This document shows, in pieces, positions 1-8,626 of a stretch of DNA of 20,000 nt (the first letter of the stretch is position 1; each line of letters starts with the position of its first letter). A program made the position numbers and the translations under genes. Below the pieces are notes generated by a model, which saw only the letters and a program-made list of their open reading frames with translations, searched no databases and was not told where the DNA came from. This DNA is from an uncultured virus (IMG/VR IMGVR_UViG_3300027902_000007) (taxonomy: Duplodnaviria; Heunggongvirae; Uroviricota; Caudoviricetes): the IMG/VR virus record IMGVR_UViG_3300027902_000007; one strand, 5' to 3'.

Positions 1-338
1 ATAATGCCCCTGTACGACTCATCTATAGTGCCCGGAGTGTTCAATACAGTCAACCCTCGTTTTAAAGCATTTCCGCTCCGGGGCCTCACCTGTATCTCAT
101 AACCCTCTCCGACCGTGGCCGATAATCCTGTGTGCACAAACACTCTATCTAAAGGTTGTAACGAGACTTCAGTCTGAGACTGAATCCAAGTCTCACCGCT
201 ATTATCAATACTATCCTTACGATAGAGCTTTTCAAACCTATAAACAAAAATGTCAGCACCAGAATCAGTTGGGTTACTCCTGACGGGTAACCTTGCATCT
301 GTAAAAATTTTCTTTACTTTCATTGTCGGCATATTCAT
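1..338 (-). CDS. dut: dUTPase (trimeric), runs off the window start
   Basis: Not in the ORF track; manual translation from ATG at 338: MNMPTMKVKKIFTDARLP...DSGADI (motif I)...VRPRSG (motif II)...NTPGTIDESYRG (motif III). Starts 2 nt after the nrdJ stop. Confidence 0.93.
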   Translation of the reverse strand, partial: MNMPTMKVKKIFTDARLPVRSNPTDSGADIFVYRFEKLYRKDSIDNSGETWIQSQTEVSLQPLDRVFVHTGLSATVGEGYEIQVRPRSGNALKRGLTVLNTPGTIDESYRGI

Positions 339-340
339 TT

Positions 341-2914
341 TTAACCGCACCTTGACTCACCGCAGTCTAAACACTTGTAACAGTTCGCCTGTATAATAAT
401 ATTTTCACTTTTGCACTCAGGACATTTCAAACCAGTAATCTTTGTGCCGTCTTTTATCGTCAACGCGATAAATCGCCTAACTGCCGTTAATAGTGTCGAG
501 ACATTATCGCCCTCAATATTAAACAGCGCCGATAAGATCTCTTCCCGTGCAACATTGTGCCGTAAACAAAGTGAAATCATTCGGCCTAATCTATTGTATG
601 AATAATCTATTTTGGCTTTATCAATGCATTTCTGTATAATTTCCGTACCGATGCCTTTTTCCAGGGCTAACTGTGCCAATTTTCTTGACGCCTTATTACA
701 AGCCTTCACCCGACCAGCTTCTTTTGAATTGCTATATATCCATAAACAAATAGGAAATTTCATTTCTGGATCGTCCGGCAAATAACTAAAATGCAGATAG
801 AATTTCATCCCCTCACGCTTGATGATTCGCGTCGGCCCATTTAAAAACACTTCGGGCAGTTTAATGTCCTTCTTAACGATCTCTTTACTTTCACTCGCGG
901 CCTTTAACACAGACTCCATACAGCCTTCGCGGTAAGTCGTGAGACCATTCAAGCCCATTTTCCAAGCGTCAAAATATAACTGTTTAAAATCTTCAAAATG
1001 ATAATTGTTAGGAATATTACAAGTTTTTGAAACTGACTGATTACAATAATATTGGACGACAGCTTGGACATTGAGGTGATCTTGCGCAGTTAAATTTTTC
1101 GTAGTGATTAAGTGTCGTGAGTGATCTTTCTTCGGAAAATTATTTAATAGCCATTGGTACCCATAATCTCTCACTATATTGATCTCGCATAGTCCTCTAT
1201 TATGAGGCTCATAATAATATAGTTTACCATTATAATTGCCGCGCCAATATTCAAAATCTTTTTCTTTATGATATGTTAAAATGTTTTTTACGTTATCACC
1301 GTTCAAACCGTCGGGCCACTGACATATAACAACACGTTCATATTCAAGTGAAAAAACAGGCTCGATTGAATTTGAGACATTGTTGCAGATAACTGAAGAA
1401 TTGCCCAGCGGCGGATTAGTGGTCGTCTTTGCATTACGAACACCATATTGTTTAACGAGATCTTTCGTCTCGGGCCATAATCTGTCAGATTTAAAATACT
1501 CAGTGTTTTGAAATTTTTCAGCATTGTACAGTTCAAAGGCACCCTTTTCTTTTGCCAATAACGCTGACGCCTGCCACACGTAATTTTCTTTTAATTCAAC
1601 TAATTTTTTAGTAAAATCGATTGCGGTTTTTGAATTGTATGGCATTCCTAACATCATTATTGCTGAGCCCAATCCGTTTATTCCCATGCCGAACTGCCTT
1701 AACTTGTTCACAACCTGCTGATATGACGGCAGTGGCAATTTCGATAAATCATTTACGTTATCTAGCATTCTTGCAAAAACTTGAATGTCGTTAATATACA
1801 TGCCAAAATCAAATTCTGGCACGCCACTTTCATTAATAAAAACATATTGTGTGACATTTATTGATCCAAGTAAACATACAGATGTAATTGTAGATAGTCC
1901 AGGTACTTCTCCGCAGGGATTTGTCGTATCGCACTGTCCAAGATAAGATAGTGGATTGTTTTTGTGCATATTGTCATAAAATAGAACTCCTGGCTCAGCT
2001 CTATTATAAGTCGACGTCATCATTAAATCATATAGATCACGAGCCTTAATGATCTTATATACTTTATTATTAAAATGCAGATTGTAAAAATCATCATTCA
2101 GCACTGCGTTCATAAAAGCATCGTCAACGAGTACTGAAGTATTAAATTTTGTGAGCACACCTGAAACCTGTTTTACTCTTACAAATTCTTCAATGTCAGG
2201 ATGCCACACAGGTAAGCATCCCATCATTGCACCTTTTCGAGTCATAGATTTAACTGCAATCTTTAGGTCGCAAATCTGTTGGTCATCTAGATAATTTTTT
2301 AATTTGTCAGTGTAACCGTCATCTGTGCCTTTAACCATACACTCAGACACAGTATCCCATAATTTCATATAAGACATGACACCAGGATGACGGATGCCTG
2401 TGCCTTTAATTATCGCGCCCCGAGGCCTAAGGAAACCAAAATTGATTCCGTAACCACCTTCTGAAGCTAAAGTTTTCGCCTGTTCTAAAATCGTGAGAAA
2501 GATGTTTGATAGATCGTCAGGGCTCTCGTCTGTATTTAATTGCACGTCATAACTAATTGAATTGTCAGCAGATTTTCTCTTATACTGTATTTTGGCGCCA
2601 GAAACCGGACCATTAATAAAGCAGTTCATTAACGTTGCATTCTTAAAATCTGTGCCGATGTTAGCTGTTATTCGACCGCCTAGCGTCATTTTAAGACCGA
2701 TAGCCTCTTTATTAGGATAACCCCTGTCATCAACGTCAATTTCACTATCAAATTTTAATAAAGTTTGTAGGAACGGCTTGTACCACCTAGTAGGATCTTT
2801 TTCAACTGAAGCTAGGGCTTTTGCGCTTCGCATAAAAGTTTCAATTTCTGACTCTGACTTGTACCTATATTTCTTCTTCCAATTTTCGATCGACATTTGA
2901 GCTGTAAAAATCAT
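341..2914 (-). CDS. nrdJ: Ribonucleotide reductase, class II (adenosylcobalamin-dependent)
   Basis: GGRI..., LMNCF, EGGYG, RPRGA, AEPG, TTNPCGE (thiyl Cys), CLLGSIN, QSVSKTCN, GLTTYREG (no class I YY pair); C-terminal TSCPD-like region and CPEC..CxxCxxC..C tail; no nrdB nearby; SD GGAGA. Confidence 0.9.
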   Translation of the reverse strand: MIFTAQMSIENWKKKYRYKSESEIETFMRSAKALASVEKDPTRWYKPFLQTLLKFDSEIDVDDRGYPNKEAIGLKMTLGGRITANIGTDFKNATLMNCFINGPVSGAKIQYKRKSADNSISYDVQLNTDESPDDLSNIFLTILEQAKTLASEGGYGINFGFLRPRGAIIKGTGIRHPGVMSYMKLWDTVSECMVKGTDDGYTDKLKNYLDDQQICDLKIAVKSMTRKGAMMGCLPVWHPDIEEFVRVKQVSGVLTKFNTSVLVDDAFMNAVLNDDFYNLHFNNKVYKIIKARDLYDLMMTSTYNRAEPGVLFYDNMHKNNPLSYLGQCDTTNPCGEVPGLSTITSVCLLGSINVTQYVFINESGVPEFDFGMYINDIQVFARMLDNVNDLSKLPLPSYQQVVNKLRQFGMGINGLGSAIMMLGMPYNSKTAIDFTKKLVELKENYVWQASALLAKEKGAFELYNAEKFQNTEYFKSDRLWPETKDLVKQYGVRNAKTTTNPPLGNSSVICNNVSNSIEPVFSLEYERVVICQWPDGLNGDNVKNILTYHKEKDFEYWRGNYNGKLYYYEPHNRGLCEINIVRDYGYQWLLNNFPKKDHSRHLITTKNLTAQDHLNVQAVVQYYCNQSVSKTCNIPNNYHFEDFKQLYFDAWKMGLNGLTTYREGCMESVLKAASESKEIVKKDIKLPEVFLNGPTRIIKREGMKFYLHFSYLPDDPEMKFPICLWIYSNSKEAGRVKACNKASRKLAQLALEKGIGTEIIQKCIDKAKIDYSYNRLGRMISLCLRHNVAREEILSALFNIEGDNVSTLLTAVRRFIALTIKDGTKITGLKCPECKSENIIIQANCYKCLDCGESRCG

Positions 2915-3029
2915 GTCTTCTCCAATAATGTTAATTTTTTTATCTATATACCTTCATCAAATTTTCGATAGTGTCGACCTTGTTTTGACAATTTGTCTTC
3001 CTGACATCTATTTTTAGCCGACTATTAAA

Positions 3030-3410
3030 TTATTTTAACGGTTGACACATTCGTAACGCTAGCAGCAAGTCAATTTGCTCAAGCAAGTATTGATATCTAC
3101 GACAAATATTTTCCCAAGACTCACCACGCTGCAATTGTGACTGTTCATACCTTTTATTTATACGTCTTTTCAACCATTGCAGTGAGTCTGAACCATCGTG
3201 CATTTGTAGTCTGCTCTTATCAAGAATATTTAAAAAAACTAGTATTTCCTCTTGTTTAATTTTTGTTATTTGCTTTCCTTTTGTGCCCAAGACCTTGTTC
3301 AGCAACCAATTTGTGTTTATCTCGTTGCCAGAATAAGTGACCTTTACATCATCTGTTATTATCGGTAGAGTACCATCTTCATGAACCGCGAATTTTACTT
3401 TTTTGCTCAT
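3030..3410 (-). CDS. Hypothetical protein (126 aa)
   Basis: Co-oriented ORF filling the gap, AGGT upstream of ATG; no recognised motif. Confidence 0.65.
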   Translation of the reverse strand: MSKKVKFAVHEDGTLPIITDDVKVTYSGNEINTNWLLNKVLGTKGKQITKIKQEEILVFLNILDKSRLQMHDGSDSLQWLKRRINKRYEQSQLQRGESWENICRRYQYLLEQIDLLLALRMCQPLK

Positions 3411-3447
3411 GTTGTTTTTTTACCTATTTTCCTCTTCGGATTAACAT

Positions 3448-3471
3448 AAAAAATGCGAGAAAACTCGCATT
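3448..3471 (-). terminator. Rho-independent terminator after the HD-domain gene
   Basis: Minus strand AATGCGAG-TTTT-CTCGCATT followed by a T run, ~30 nt downstream of the stop at 3503. Confidence 0.7.
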
Positions 3472-3502
3472 GATCTTCGTCATTAACAAGCGTCTAAACA
3501 CA

Positions 3503-4054
3503 CTAGAAATTTAATAATTTTTTTGTGTTTTTGAATATCTGTACTAATTGAGGATCCATCTTAAATCTTTCGGTGTTTATCTCAATGCTTCGCCCAAAAT
3601 CACCGTCAGCATGTCGTTCTGTGGCAGCCTTCCAATCCACAAACATCTCTATTAAATCTATCAATGTCATTCCAGATATGCCGTCTTTGTAATGCTCTGG
3701 ATGATGTGAATTATTTGAATAATGATGTTTAAGCGCGGGCTTTAGCTGGCTAAGAAATGCCTTATATTCAAGACTTCCGTACGTGCAATTTTTTAATTTA
3801 TGAGATATTTTATCAAAAAATTTCTTTTCAAAAGGCTCTAATTTACTTTTATCATGATTCACTCCCCGTAAAGCAATGACTTGATTAATCAAATTTAAAA
3901 GACACTGCGAAATAATAGCCTGAATAATCAGATCTAAAAGACACCTCACCCTGTCAATGTGTTTCTGCGTGTCTGCCCTACTGTCATTCATGGCCTGTTT
4001 ACTCGCTTCATTAATAAACTCGGTTTGAATTGTGGCAAAGCATTTGCGTTTCAT
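3503..4054 (-). CDS. HD-domain phosphohydrolase-like protein (DUF5662-like)
   Basis: T-x-x-H, HDKSK, HHYxxNxHHPEH, M(T)LIDLIEMxxDW motifs typical of DUF5662-type HD proteins; starts 4 nt after the ruvC stop. Confidence 0.75.
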   Translation of the reverse strand: MKRKCFATIQTEFINEASKQAMNDSRADTQKHIDRVRCLLDLIIQAIISQCLLNLINQVIALRGVNHDKSKLEPFEKKFFDKISHKLKNCTYGSLEYKAFLSQLKPALKHHYSNNSHHPEHYKDGISGMTLIDLIEMFVDWKAATERHADGDFGRSIEINTERFKMDPQLVQIFKNTKKLLNF

Positions 4055-4058
4055 TTTC

Positions 4059-4778
4059 TTATCCGTGCAATTTTTGAAACGCTATAGCGACACCGGCGGC
4101 GTCCGCAATATCCTCATTTATCGATGATTCCGTGTATATTTCCATGCTTATGTCGTCAAAAATATTCGTCATCTCTTTTTTCTTTGTCTTCGCGAATTTT
4201 TTAAGATCAAGTTTTGCATCATTAATCTGTGTTGATAGTTTTCCTATCAAAGCTTTATCATTAGCTTTTTTTGCCTTCTTAAGCTGATGTTGCAGATCGT
4301 GCAACTCATCTTTTGACAAACCTTCTTTAAAATTAACTTTTGCGTCGTTAATCCTTTGTCTATAGGCTTTAATTTTTTCCAATGACAACAACTTATATTT
4401 TTCACATATTGCCACTTGTATTTCACATTTTTTTGACGCACCGGTGCAACCGTCCATCAATTTCTTCCATTTTGACGGCTCAAACATTTCAGGTTCACGT
4501 TGTAAATAGCGATAAGCCTCAATCATTGCGACGCCGTTAAATCTAGCCAATATTTTGACGACACTGACACTTTTAACCTGAACAACGTCCTCGATTGCAA
4601 TCTCGCAAGGCTGCTGTCTATCAATAATTTTCTTTAGCTCAATGTGAAATAGGAAAAGCTTCTGAGCAGTTGTCATTTTGCCTGTCGGATTTACTTTGCC
4701 GTAATCTAACAGCTTATCGCCTTCAATTACAGCCCAACCAGTACTTTTACTTGAAATATCAACGCCCATTATTTTCAT
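4059..4778 (-). CDS. ruvC: RuvC-like Holliday junction resolvase with a large helical insertion
   Basis: IMGVDISSKSTGWAV, IAIED, PSKWKK, C-terminal EDIADAAGVA catalytic motifs. Start moved to ATG 4778 because GGAGG lies just upstream. Confidence 0.85.
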   Translation of the reverse strand: MKIMGVDISSKSTGWAVIEGDKLLDYGKVNPTGKMTTAQKLFLFHIELKKIIDRQQPCEIAIEDVVQVKSVSVVKILARFNGVAMIEAYRYLQREPEMFEPSKWKKLMDGCTGASKKCEIQVAICEKYKLLSLEKIKAYRQRINDAKVNFKEGLSKDELHDLQHQLKKAKKANDKALIGKLSTQINDAKLDLKKFAKTKKKEMTNIFDDISMEIYTESSINEDIADAAGVAIAFQKLHG

Positions 4779-4856
4779 AAATCCTCCGAGTGTTATCAAT
4801 TAAAATACTTCTCTCATTGGTATATTATTTGTGAGAATCTAATTAAAAATTTATGT

Positions 4857-4885
4857 TTTACTTCAACAAAAAAATTGATTATAAT
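4857..4885 (+). promoter_or_regulatory. Sigma70-type promoter for the plus-strand gene pair
   Basis: TTTACT (4857-4862), 17 nt spacer, TATAAT (4880-4885), in the divergent intergenic region; SD AGGAG precedes ATG 4937. Confidence 0.6.
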
Positions 4886-4936
4886 ATTTCCTTTATTAGT
4901 CGCCCTCTTTAAACACCACAAATAGGAGCAACCACG

Positions 4937-5683
4937 ATGAAACATCTTTCTACACTTCAGGCTGAATTTGTCAAAGAGGCAAGAAAATGGAGTGAGCGGA
5001 CAATTGAAGAACAGAGAGAGTATCTGCACAAACACCCAAAATCAAAACGTACATTATCAGCCAAGCCCAGACAATTTGATTTTGACGACTGGGTTATAAA
5101 TAGAAGTTTCATGAACCTGCAAACACAAGAGCGTGTCCCATTTGAAAAACTGCCTAAAACTCAACAGGACGCAATCAAAAAACAGTTTGAATCAGAAAAG
5201 ACTGAATATGAGACGACGCCAGCCGAACCGGTAGTAAAAGAAAAGAAACACAAACGTAGAAAATACATGGTCAATGGTGACAAAATCAGAGCCGAGAGTC
5301 CAAAAGATGCGCTTGTTAAATATTTAATGGTGCACGAACAATATACCGAAGACGGTGCCAAAAAAGAAATAGACCAACGGTGGGATGACCGAGATAAAAT
5401 AATCTTAGACAGCAACCAAAACGAAACCGGTTGGACTCTTGGTAATTGGGAGGTCAAACAAATAGTCAAGCCGAAAAAACCGAAAAAGTTGACAGAGCGT
5501 AGAGTAAAGAGAATGGGTAGAAGAATTAGAAGAGATTTAAAGAGTGATAATAAATATACTGACGAAGCGATATACGATGTTGCCAAAGACTTCTTAGACT
5601 CACATTCTGAATTAAAGGCATTTTTTAAATCACAAGGTGTCGAAGAAAAAAATATGGCAACAACGTTTGCCGATTATATATAA
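4937..5683 (+). CDS. Hypothetical basic protein, possible virion internal protein
   Basis: Strong SD (AGGAG), 248-aa ORF, N-terminus MKHLSTLQAEFVKEA followed by W..R..EEQREYLHKHPKSK; Lys/Arg-rich patches. Confidence 0.8.
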   Translation: MKHLSTLQAEFVKEARKWSERTIEEQREYLHKHPKSKRTLSAKPRQFDFDDWVINRSFMNLQTQERVPFEKLPKTQQDAIKKQFESEKTEYETTPAEPVVKEKKHKRRKYMVNGDKIRAESPKDALVKYLMVHEQYTEDGAKKEIDQRWDDRDKIILDSNQNETGWTLGNWEVKQIVKPKKPKKLTERRVKRMGRRIRRDLKSDNKYTDEAIYDVAKDFLDSHSELKAFFKSQGVEEKNMATTFADYI

Positions 5684-5705
5684 ACATTAACTAAAAGGAG
5701 TCGTT

Positions 5706-5894
5706 ATGAGAAAATATGTTGCTTTAGCATTAATTGTGTCAATGGCATTTCTTGCAATCGCCACTTCTACTTGCTGCAAAAAGGCGCTTAAAACTAGCAC
5801 CGCCAAAACAGCTGTTGTTGACACAACAAAGAAGGCTGCCGATACAGCCAAAGCAGTTCCGGCAACACCTGCAGTAAAACCGGCTACAAAATAA
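5706..5894 (+). CDS. Small secreted/lipoprotein-like peptide
   Basis: SD AAGGAG; basic N-terminus, hydrophobic helix (VALALIVSMAFLAIA), Cys-Cys, then an Ala/Thr/Lys/Pro low-complexity tail; followed by a terminator. Confidence 0.7.
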   Translation: MRKYVALALIVSMAFLAIATSTCCKKALKTSTAKTAVVDTTKKAADTAKAVPATPAVKPATK

Positions 5895-5906
5895 CAATTT
5901 ACTTAC

Positions 5907-5948
5907 AAAAGAAAAGCTGATACGTGATAAGTATCAGCTTTTTCTTTT
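5907..5948. terminator. Bidirectional intrinsic terminator between convergent genes
   Basis: AAAAG-AAAAGCTGATAC / GTGATAA loop / GTATCAGCTTTT-T-CTTTT inverted repeat with A/T tracts on both sides, between stops at 5894 (+) and 5947 (-). Confidence 0.85.
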
Positions 5949-7272
5949 ATCTTAATCTCATTGACTTCTTTTTCTTACCATCAGAAAATGCGTTAACATC
6001 ATCATCGTCTGCAATCTTTTTCTCTGACTTTTCGTCTGCCTCTTCTTCGTCAGCGTCCTCGTTGTACGCAGAATCAGGTATCTCTTCTCTCACGTCATCC
6101 TTTTTCTTAAAAATCTTCTTGTCGCTGATGAAACTATTTATCTTTTCCCTAATTTCAGGGTGTTCCTCAAGTATAGTATTGAACTTGCGCTTTGAGAAAT
6201 CCTTAATGTCGGGAAAAGCTTTCTCGCCTGACGCTAAGAAGATGTTGTACCTGACTTTACCTTTTTCATCTTCTGCAAGCTCTTTAACTACACCATTCAT
6301 TAAAGCAACATCAAAAAGTTCCTGCTCATTATTGACGCCTGTGCCGTCATGCATTAACGTGAAGCAGATAGCATCTTCAGGCATCGAACCGGCCTTATTC
6401 TTCTCAAATGTCACTTTGACGCCGTGCGAGAGTATATTGCCATTTTCATCGCGTTCTTCCGATTTCCAAACTTTGGCAACCTTGAGAGCGACGGTGTCAT
6501 AAAACGGTAAAGCATTTCCGCCTGTCCGATATTCAGGATTACCAAAGTGCTTATTCGGATTCTTGCGAAGTTGATTTATAAAGAACAATATTGTCTGTGA
6601 GTCAACATCCGATCTCGCCATTGCTGACGTCACCTTCTTGAGGCCTAATCCAATTGCAGATGCCTGTGATCCACGCACCCTTGAATCGCCCATATTTTTA
6701 GTGGCATCAACTATTGACACTAACTGCGTGACGCTGTCAATTCCAATAATGGCATACTTACCCGGATTAATGACACGAGTGACTTCACCTGTCTTCTTAT
6801 CTGCCTCATGCTCACCAAGTATAAGAGCGTGCATCATGTCAAAGGCCTCTTCTGCAGTTGAGCACTGTAAGACGATGAGTTTAGACGTGTCAACACCAAC
6901 CGCCCGTGCCCATTCGGCCTGGAATTGGAATTGCCTCTCTGCATCAATTAGCACACAAGGCTTATCAGGAAACCGCCTCTGAGCTTCGGCGATCGCCAAA
7001 TATAACATTAGCGTCTTACCGGCACCCTCCCAACCAAAGACTTCAATTATAGAACCGAGTGGGTAGCCTTTTACATTTCCTATCGCATTATCTAAAAGAA
7101 TCGACCCCGTAGATATTGCTGATGGCAACTTATCATACCGTTTACCTGAGGGCAATATCTCACGACCAAACCGTTTCTTAATGATAGCAGCTGCGGTCGT
7201 TACAATTGTGCCTTTTTCTTTCTTACCTTTTTCCTCACCATTCTCATCAATGTCATCATCGTGACCGGCCAT
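5947..7272 (-). CDS. recA: RecA/UvsX-like recombinase
   Basis: ISTGSILLDNAIG, GSIIEVFGWEGAGKT (Walker A), LIDAE, IGIDSV (Walker B), FINQLR, TGGNALPFY, KNK; acidic termini; SD AAGGA. Confidence 0.95.
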   Translation of the reverse strand: MAGHDDDIDENGEEKGKKEKGTIVTTAAAIIKKRFGREILPSGKRYDKLPSAISTGSILLDNAIGNVKGYPLGSIIEVFGWEGAGKTLMLYLAIAEAQRRFPDKPCVLIDAERQFQFQAEWARAVGVDTSKLIVLQCSTAEEAFDMMHALILGEHEADKKTGEVTRVINPGKYAIIGIDSVTQLVSIVDATKNMGDSRVRGSQASAIGLGLKKVTSAMARSDVDSQTILFFINQLRKNPNKHFGNPEYRTGGNALPFYDTVALKVAKVWKSEERDENGNILSHGVKVTFEKNKAGSMPEDAICFTLMHDGTGVNNEQELFDVALMNGVVKELAEDEKGKVRYNIFLASGEKAFPDIKDFSKRKFNTILEEHPEIREKINSFISDKKIFKKKDDVREEIPDSAYNEDADEEEADEKSEKKIADDDDVNAFSDGKKKKSMRLR

Positions 7273-7287
7273 ATTTATTTCCTTTCA

Positions 7288-8589
7288 TTAAAACGGTAAT
7301 TTTCTTCCAGTTGACGTCGTCGTTCCCGTACCAGTCTTACCGGTCTTGCCCGCAGGCTTTTCAGATTTTTTTACAGCTTCTTGTTCCTTCTTCTTCAGAA
7401 GCTGCTCAATTTCTACGCCTGACATGTCGTCAATGTCAACTTCTAATTCAGCTGCTTTAATTTTAAATGTTTTCTTTAAATTTTTACATCCTTCTACAAT
7501 AGAACATTCCTTGCAGCCCATGTCCTCAGGATCGTAAGTGCCGCGACAATCCATTTCTTCTAATTTGGCATCCTCAGAATCTTCTGTTGATTCTTCACTT
7601 TCGACTTCTTCACTTGCAGCTTGTTTTGAAAAGGCAGTAGTTTCTTTTTCACTCTCTTTTTGACTGACTTTCTTTTCTTGTTGCTGTTCTTCCTTGTCGT
7701 CATCATCAGCTACATCAGGAGTCTCTTCATCATCAGCCGGTGGTGTTATGTCTTTGTCTTCGTCGTCAGCGCCTACAACAGCCGCAACGGCTGCTTTTTT
7801 GTCAACAACTGGTTCATCTTTCGCTGTGCCATCAACATCCATTAAGCTAGCTCTAACTTTTTTCAGATCAATCGTATCTAACGGTGACTTCGCACTTTCA
7901 AGTATGTCAAGTATGTCTTTAGGTGTGGAGAAACTCCTGTGCTTTTTGAGGTCGTAGCATTTATCTATTGCAGCAACTTCTTCCGCTGTGAGAGCCTTAC
8001 GATCCGGATCAGGCAAAATTGTATACTCTCTTTTAATGCCCTCACCGTCGACTGTCACCGTAAGATCATAGCCTCTGTCTCCTGCAGCTGATGGGTTACC
8101 CCACTTTTCACTATTTCCAAGCTCAATGACAGGTTTCCAAATTGTCGGCCCGGAAACCATCCTTTTAACTTTAATCGTCTTGTCCTCTTTACGATAATCG
8201 CCACGATCGATGATATTCATATCATACGTTTTCTTGCCACGCAGTTTTGAGATTTGTTTCAGAAGCTTCTTGACCTGCGGTGCCTCATCAGTCATGTCCT
8301 CTTCCTCTTTCAGTCTGTAAACCTCTGACCAGAGAGTGCCGACAAATCTGCAGACCGGACACTTAGTGTCGACTGCATGAATGATCGGCCGATCTTTTTT
8401 ACTCGTAGTGACGGGAATCCAATGCACGATGTATTTAATGAACGGCATTTCACCTTTGTTCTTTGCAGGCATGATGCGGATTGAGTGGTCACCTGTCTTC
8501 CAAGCCATATTCTCTACATCAGACTTACCTCTACGAGACGCATTTTCCTCGTATTCTTTTGCCCAAGGATTGTCCTCATGGGGTGCCAT
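7288..8589 (-). CDS. gp32-like single-stranded DNA-binding protein with long acidic linker and C-terminal Cys4 module
   Basis: IRIMPAK..PF....HW...CPVC, GYDLTV..G...EY pattern of phage gp32-type SSBs; long D/E-rich region; ends in LPF; sits between UvsY-like and RecA; SD AGGAGG. Confidence 0.8.
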   Translation of the reverse strand: MAPHEDNPWAKEYEENASRRGKSDVENMAWKTGDHSIRIMPAKNKGEMPFIKYIVHWIPVTTSKKDRPIIHAVDTKCPVCRFVGTLWSEVYRLKEEEDMTDEAPQVKKLLKQISKLRGKKTYDMNIIDRGDYRKEDKTIKVKRMVSGPTIWKPVIELGNSEKWGNPSAAGDRGYDLTVTVDGEGIKREYTILPDPDRKALTAEEVAAIDKCYDLKKHRSFSTPKDILDILESAKSPLDTIDLKKVRASLMDVDGTAKDEPVVDKKAAVAAVVGADDEDKDITPPADDEETPDVADDDDKEEQQQEKKVSQKESEKETTAFSKQAASEEVESEESTEDSEDAKLEEMDCRGTYDPEDMGCKECSIVEGCKNLKKTFKIKAAELEVDIDDMSGVEIEQLLKKKEQEAVKKSEKPAGKTGKTGTGTTTSTGRKLPF

Positions 8590-8626
8590 AACTAATGCCT
8601 CCTGTTGATTGTTTGTTTAATCATAT

